A stretch of 63,972 nt of DNA, filler included, from Craspedostauros australis (lineage: Eukaryota): NCBI GenBank assembly GCA_030167865.1. It is 6 parts of 6 records of this genome, joined end to end, with 100 filler letters (N's around TTAATTAATTAA, not from the genome) between each part and the next. Parts side by side here need not be neighbours in the genome. Positions count along the whole stretch, not along the records: positions 55,433 to 59,899 come from JALAGF010000206.1; positions 60,000 to 61,259 come from JALAGF010000207.1; positions 61,360 to 62,534 come from JALAGF010000208.1; positions 62,635 to 63,972 come from JALAGF010000211.1; 2 more parts are not named here. One strand, given 5' to 3'. Of the stretch, positions 58,401 through 63,972 are shown one piece after another; the stretch's first letter is position 1; each line of letters opens with the position of its first letter. A program made the translations under genes and the position numbers. The notes under the pieces are model-generated. The model ran no database searches, had not been told where the DNA came from, and saw nothing but the letters and a program-made list of their open reading frames with translations.

Positions 58401-59460
58401 CATGAGGGTCCGAAGCCAGCTGAGTACAACATTTGTGGGATGACACGTGCGTGGGCATCAGGCCGAGCACAAGAAGCCTGACGAACTTGATGTGTGGGAG
58501 CATATGAATGCCATTACGGACCGGATCGCAGTACAGTGATGACGAATGCTCGAAGAGGGCGATGCGTGGAGCTCTCACCAGAACACAGGGACGTGATCGT
58601 GGCACATTGCAAGACAAGGCGTTCGCAGGTCGAGCATCATGTATGCCAGTGTCGTTGGAGATGTGGTGGAGGCGGACATGGCGAGGGTCAGGTGGGAGCG
58701 AGGCATGAAGGTGATCGGTGGTGATGCCAACAAAAGCGTGCAACGACGGGTGGCGGGCAAGCTCACCAATACACAGAGGGTGCTCACCATGGAGCTCACA
58801 ATACAGGAGGTGGCTGTGGGAATGCAGATGGTTTGGTAGAAGGCAAGGACGAGTGACAGCTGCCCCAGGTGCGGCAAGATGGAAACTCATGGCCACCTCT
58901 GGATCTGCTGCTCACTGGAATCGATGGCATTTTGGAAAGTGCAGTGGAAACGGCTGAGGATCACGATGTGGAAGATGCCAACTCATCCTGCCATTGCAAA
59001 AATACGGTTGAGCAATGTCAAGCAAGTGTTGAGAGGGCTGGGACCTGTTGGACGCATATGCGCGAACTGGGCTGAGGCAAAGCTGATGGACGATCAACAG
59101 GAGGCGGGATGGGATTGGCTGGTCACGGACGTGATCGTGGGGTCATGGACCGAGTTACAGGAGCAGTACTACGCGCAAATCGGTCGCAGGCTGTCCACAG
59201 CAAGGTGGGCGGCACGGATCGTGCACAAGCTCTGGAAGGTGGCATGGGAGCATTGGCACCAACGCAATCAGGCGATGCATCGCACTGATGAGGGGCCAGA
59301 GGCTCACATGAGGCAGGTGGTGCGAGACTACAGCTCAACCCTGCAAGATGCAGCGCAACTACGAGGGGCAAGCATGGCTATGTGGGCCCAACTACAGCTG
59401 TCAGGCAAAGGAGCCACAGCTATGGGAACAGTCGCAATATGGTTTGGACAAGTGCACTGA
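55433..59460 (+). mobile_element. Decayed non-LTR retrotransposon (diatom Ambal-like): ORF1-like region, post-RT segment, RNase H and C-terminal Cys/His domain; RT core not found
   Basis: Fragmented ORFs. Post-RT PRRQGDRPIME..VNLCQ..MSEIVTADG. RNase H GMAAW, AELAGIYG, CDN, HVRGHQ..N..D..A (about 58080-58535). CPRCGKMETHGHLWIC, DQQEAGW, RWAARIVHKLWKVAWEHWHQRN. Many stops and frameshifts. Confidence 0.8.
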
Positions 59461-59899
59461 GTGCTGCAGATACCAGGCAATAAAGTTCCCGTTGAAGCCC
59501 GAACTTGGCTCCGCCGATGGCGGTACCTGGCCATCGTGAACGAGGCTGTCCCTGGATTTCCCTGCATGAGTACACAAATACATACACCTTACATATTACC
59601 AGAGAGCCACGAATAGTGGAGAGCAGGATAGGTGGAGGCCGTCGTGATCCCCTGAGCGTGCATACATATTGACTTGATAGCCGTTCTGCCTCGTGCCCTA
59701 CACGAGATAAAAGCGGGTGGCGTAAAAAAGTCTACAGTGCAGGCTGGGCACACACTAATCAGCTTAATCCATGAGTTATATGTATAGTGCAATGGAGCAC
59801 AGTGACTTATCCTTCGGTATGCAAAATATAATTTTGTTGAACACTTAGGTTTGTTTGTAAATACAAAGTCCTGCTGAACCTGCTTTGCTCCCATGGACA

Positions 59900-59999
59900 N
59901 NNNNNNNNNNNNNNNNNNNNNNNNNNNNNNNNNNNNNNNNNNNTTAATTAATTAANNNNNNNNNNNNNNNNNNNNNNNNNNNNNNNNNNNNNNNNNNNN
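59900..59999. other. Artificial contig linker (N44-TTAATTAATTAA-N44)
   Basis: Same 100-nt structure. Confidence 0.97.
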
Positions 60000-61259
60000 G
60001 TGTTGCTCTCTCTTCCTTTGAGTTTGGCTTATTCATTGTCGCTGCGATCAGCCGGTCAATCATTCGTTCGTTTGATGCGTCGGTTTCCGTCTGTGTTGGG
60101 AAGCGCAGACTTAGCTGCCTCTTCAAAGTCACCGTGTTCATGGCCATGAATCTCCGCCTGAGCTTGTCTGGTTCGTCCAGGATGTTTCCAAGCATCGCTC
60201 TCAGGGTGGAGGGTTTGCGCCTGTTCCGACTTCCATAGAATAAGTGCATCATGGCGGTGAGCACTTCAATGGGCATCACTTCATCATCACCGTCTGGTTC
60301 GTCGACGACGGTACGCATGTATTGTTCCAAATCTTGGGAGTCATACGTAGGATCGGTCAGCTTCGTGTGAAACTTGGACGCTACAAATCCGTGTTTCTGC
60401 TGAGCTACATCCACTGTGTATGCTTCTTTCGTCCCGGCGATATCGAATCCCATGTACCGCCCAACGTCTTCCCACACTTCTCGGTTGAAGACATGGCCGC
60501 TGTCTGGGCTGCTCCACTCACCACTCTTGAGGACCTCCTGGATCATGGCGAACGTTGATGTCGATGTGAATGAGTACCTCCTATGCACGAACCAGAGATG
60601 GTCTCCTTGTTCGCATGTCAATCCATCAACCTCCAGACTCCACAGCTTCTCTTCCCATGCCAAGCGGGTCTTGTCTTCATTTGTTGTGTTTGTGATCCGA
60701 GAAGGCGTGGAAGATTTCTGGAGCCGGCGTGTGGTAGGAATATCATTCGCAAGTGCAGCAGTTGGAGGTGCTGCTGGAATGTTGGAGGAAGGGGACGGTG
60801 TGCCAGGAGTACCACTGTGGGCACGACATGACGCCGTCCGGTATGTTGATGAACACTCCTGCAAGGGGAGGCATTGCTGAAAGAAACAAGGATATGTTGC
60901 TGATCTTGGATCATCTCCTTCCTTCCTCTTTGTCATGTCTTGGTACATTTGTTGCTCTTGTGAGCTCTTGAGATTGATGTCCCAAGCAAAGGAAGGAGTA
61001 TCTGTGGACATTGCAAGGACAGCCTTTTGTTTGTTTCGGTATGCATACAGTCCTAATTGGCGTCCAGACATGCTTGTGGTCGTCGCGATGGACAAGCGTC
61101 TTGGGCCTGGCTTGCCAACATCAATCTGCCGTTTGCTGCTTCCATTGTACTGATTGAAGGTGAATGGGAGATGGCCGCTGCGCATGTGTGTGCCCTCGAT
61201 GTCTGCGCTCTTGGACAATAACTCACGAGTGATGGACTCGTTGAGATAGCCTCGGTCGG
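60000..61259 (-). mobile_element. Partial ORF (open across the whole contig) with a piggyBac-like transposase C-terminal catalytic segment followed by a YqaJ/lambda-exonuclease-like N-terminal motif
   Basis: Frame extended to the contig edge reads DRGYLNESITRELLSKSADIEGTHMR...YAYRNKQKAVLAMST, then later EQGDHLWFVHRRYSFTSTS. Confidence 0.5.
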
Positions 61260-61359
61260 NNNNNNNNNNNNNNNNNNNNNNNNNNNNNNNNNNNNNNNNN
61301 NNNTTAATTAATTAANNNNNNNNNNNNNNNNNNNNNNNNNNNNNNNNNNNNNNNNNNNN
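61260..61359. other. Artificial contig linker (N44-TTAATTAATTAA-N44)
   Basis: Same 100-nt structure. Confidence 0.97.
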
Positions 61360-62534
61360 CCAGCACCAACCACAACAACAAAGCGCGAAGCAACGAACAA
61401 CGAGAAGGGCATTGTGGATGCCATGGGATCGTTGGGGTTGAGAACTGTTGATCGTGCCATGAGCCCTGCTCTGGACATGGTGAAGATGGGTTCATTCACA
61501 GAGCGTGCCTTCGATCCGCTCACAGCCGCCAGTGGACATGGTCGCTATCGCGAGGGGATTCACGTGTTTGTGGTCCTTGACCCGAAAGTTGATCCAGAAT
61601 CAGTGACACTCAGCACAGAAGATGAAGGATGGACGCTCAAGCTCACATACAAGGTACCACGGATGTATTTTACAGCTGAATGCATCTATGGCGTTTATGG
61701 TTACAATGCAGGCTTCTCAACCAGCCTTGCTGCTGCCAAGAACTACTTCCAGGACCTCGCTCGCAAGGTCACTGACGAAGCAGGAGAGCTCGTAGTCACC
61801 TGCCACTTCAACCTCCCCCGCAAGATTGACAGCCTCTTCCGCAACGTCTTGACGAAGGAGCTCGAAGACACCAACTTCGAGGTAGTTGAGAACTACCTCG
61901 GCACGACCTCTTTGGTGACCTTCTGTTTCTTCCAGGAGCATCACAACCAGCTGCAGTTTGGGACAGTCGGTCGTCGCGGCGTCAAGGGGCTGGACGGATC
62001 TGTCCGTGCCTTCTCTTCAGCCATGCCTCCAAAGCCTGCAACTGTGCCAGCAGCAGGCTTTGCCCATCCATTTGGTGGCCCAATGCCACCTCGGCCTCAT
62101 GGTGGTACAGCCGGTGGTCCTCAGCCTGCTCCATTTGGCTCTCCGACTCCCAATCATGGCGCCTTCGCGACTCCTCCTGCTACCAACCACTTCGCTGGGC
62201 AGGTGGACGCCATGCGGCAGCAGATGGAACGCGAGGCCGCAGCACGCATCGCACAGGCCCAAGAGGAAGCCCGGAAGACCCGCGCCGAATGTGAGGCTCT
62301 CCTGCGTCAAGCAAAAGAGCGCTCTCACATGGACGCCCAAGCGAAGGCGCAGTTGGAGCGCGAAGCGACGGCGAAGTTTGCGCAAATGCGCAACGAAGTT
62401 GCTGCGCGTGAGTTTCGCGCCAACTCGCGGATGGCGGTGCTTGAGGAGCAGCTGCGCACGGCTCGGAACTTGGAGGCCATGGCAGCTGCCAATCTTGGCC
62501 TGCGGTCTCCCAGTGGGAGCATCCCCGATGCCGC
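61360..62534 (+). CDS. Partial hypothetical protein (beta-rich domain, Pro/Gly linker, coiled coil), open across the entire contig
   Basis: No stop from 61360 to 62534 in this frame, with coding-like codon usage. Both ends are truncated by linkers. Confidence 0.6.
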
Positions 62535-62634
62535 NNNNNNNNNNNNNNNNNNNNNNNNNNNNNNNNNNNNNNNNNNNNTTAATTAATTAANNNNNNNNNN
62601 NNNNNNNNNNNNNNNNNNNNNNNNNNNNNNNNNN
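62535..62634. other. Artificial contig linker (N44-TTAATTAATTAA-N44)
   Basis: Same 100-nt structure. Confidence 0.97.
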
Positions 62635-63972
62635 GATCGCATTGGCAAGGATCTCTTCGATTGATTCGAAGTGCTCGGATAGGATGGATCCCATCATGTT
62701 CACCCATATTGGCATGAGCGCCCCTCGTGTGGTTTCTGGGAACAGTCGCATCCCCGCTTCCATTACAGCGTCAAAGATGAGCTGCTTTTGGATTGTCAAT
62801 GCTGTTACTGTTGCATCTGGTGTGACAGTGTGACGGAGTAGATAGTCGACACTGTTGGGATCCGCAATATCCGGGAAGTCGATATTCGCTGGATAGACGA
62901 CATGCTCGTTTGGATTGAAGCTGTCGTTTGGATGATTGNCGTCCTCGGATTCGTCGCTGTCATCCTCGTCGAAGATGCCCGATCTGTTGTTCCCCGCCGC
63001 TGGAGGAGGTGGCGCCGCTGCGCGGTTCGTTTCGCCTTGGCCTTGATTGATGAAGGTTCCCGTTCTCTCATATCTCCCAACTTGAGGAGGAGGCATTTCG
63101 TCGCGGTTTGCCTCGTCGTCTTCATCTGTGCCGTCCTCGTCGGCGTCGTCGTCGTCATCACTCATGGCCTCTTCGATGTCGTTATCGTTGGCCTCGTCGT
63201 CCATCTCAGCTTCGTCGCTGTATGAACCGATCAGGTCGTGCGCGTTGAAGCAGCATTCGTAGCTCACCTCGCGTCTTGGATCCACCTCGTGGATGATTGG
63301 CTCNNNNNNNNNNNNNNNNNNNNNNNNNNNNNNNNNNNNNNNNNNNNNNNNNNNNNNNNNNNNNNNNAAGTTATCGAAGAAGGAGTCTTCGATGTAGTCG
63401 TCGGACACCAACATGCAGAGCGGCATGTCCTTTGCAGAGAGTACCATCTCGTGCCCGTTCTTGTCGTGTCCTTCCGTAGCCGCGTTGGCTTGTTCGTTGT
63501 TCTTTTTGCTTTTGTTGAACTTCTTCTTTCGGCACTCCGCCTCGCGGTGTCCAAAGATGCCGCAGTAGTTGCACTTGCCCTTGAAGCCGCTTCCCTTGTT
63601 ACGCTTTCCGTTCATTTTGTTGTTGTTGTTGTTGTTTTTCTTGTTGTTCGATTTCTTGCNNNNNNNNNNNNNNNNNNNNNNNNNNNNNNNNNNNNNNNNN
63701 NNNNNNNNNNNNNNNNNNNNNNNNNNNNNNNNNNNNNNNNNNNNNNNNNNNNNNNNNNNNNNNCTGTCTTGGAAGTCGTCGACGTATGCCTTGCCTCCTC
63801 TGTGAGTGGCGTATGCAGTGCGGAGTACTCCTCTGATCGTGTTGATGGTGACCAGTTCCGGATTGAACGTAAGTTGGTGTTGGAAGTTTGTCAGGAATCG
63901 GGGGTACGACTTTGCAAAGATACCCTGTTCTACCGCAGCTCCCATGAGGACTGACTGGAACCGGAATGGTAT
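62635..63972 (-). mobile_element. Ty1/copia-like LTR retrotransposon gag fragment
   Basis: Zinc knuckle FKGKCNYCGIFGHREAEC (CX2CX4HX4C), followed by EQANAA, EMVL and an acidic spacer. Interrupted by N gaps (63304-63367, 63660-63763). No protease, integrase or RT within the contig. Confidence 0.65.

Noticed and set aside
58308..58443. In-frame TGA codons in the retroelement as selenocysteine or an alternative genetic code
   Set aside because: They co-occur with TAA/TAG and frameshifts, the host genes use the standard code, and pseudogenisation explains them.

Overview
Eukaryotic genomic DNA with spliced genes, most consistent with a diatom or related ochrophyte (inferred from GT-AG introns, bipartite ASAF-type plastid presequences and diatom-type retroelements). 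The window is not one contiguous locus. Five artificial 100-nt linkers (N44-TTAATTAATTAA-N44) split it into six contigs: 1-24251, 24352-55332, 55433-59899, 60000-61259, 61360-62534 and 62635-63972. The two long contigs are gene-dense, with 22 protein-coding genes: RSM22/METTL17-like (partial), YHM2-like carrier, PNP, CLEC16A/TT9, FIT2/Scs3-like, Gemin2, MCM8, a membrane-anchored Hsp70 derivative, glycine cleavage T protein, two tandem SDRs, DHAR, ShK-prolyl 4-hydroxylase, a GT34-like glycosyltransferase, a nucleoside hydrolase, a WD40 protein, an NPEPL1-like M17 peptidase, a GAF-hybrid histidine kinase and several hypothetical proteins. I resolved exon structures by hand from splice sites and reading-frame phase. 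The short contigs hold a decayed RNase H-bearing non-LTR retroelement apparently lacking its RT, a piggyBac-like/YqaJ-like fused ORF, an unknown ORF and a copia gag fragment. The best novelty candidates are a degenerate Hsp70 with an apparently deleted subdomain IIB and a TM plus C-terminal 'KYG' domain, a mitochondrial-type carrier with an ER signal peptide and an LVRGG motif, a tail-anchored PNP, and the transposase-exonuclease fusion. All family calls come from motif recognition by eye, with no database searches. No rRNA, tRNA or CRISPR array was found.
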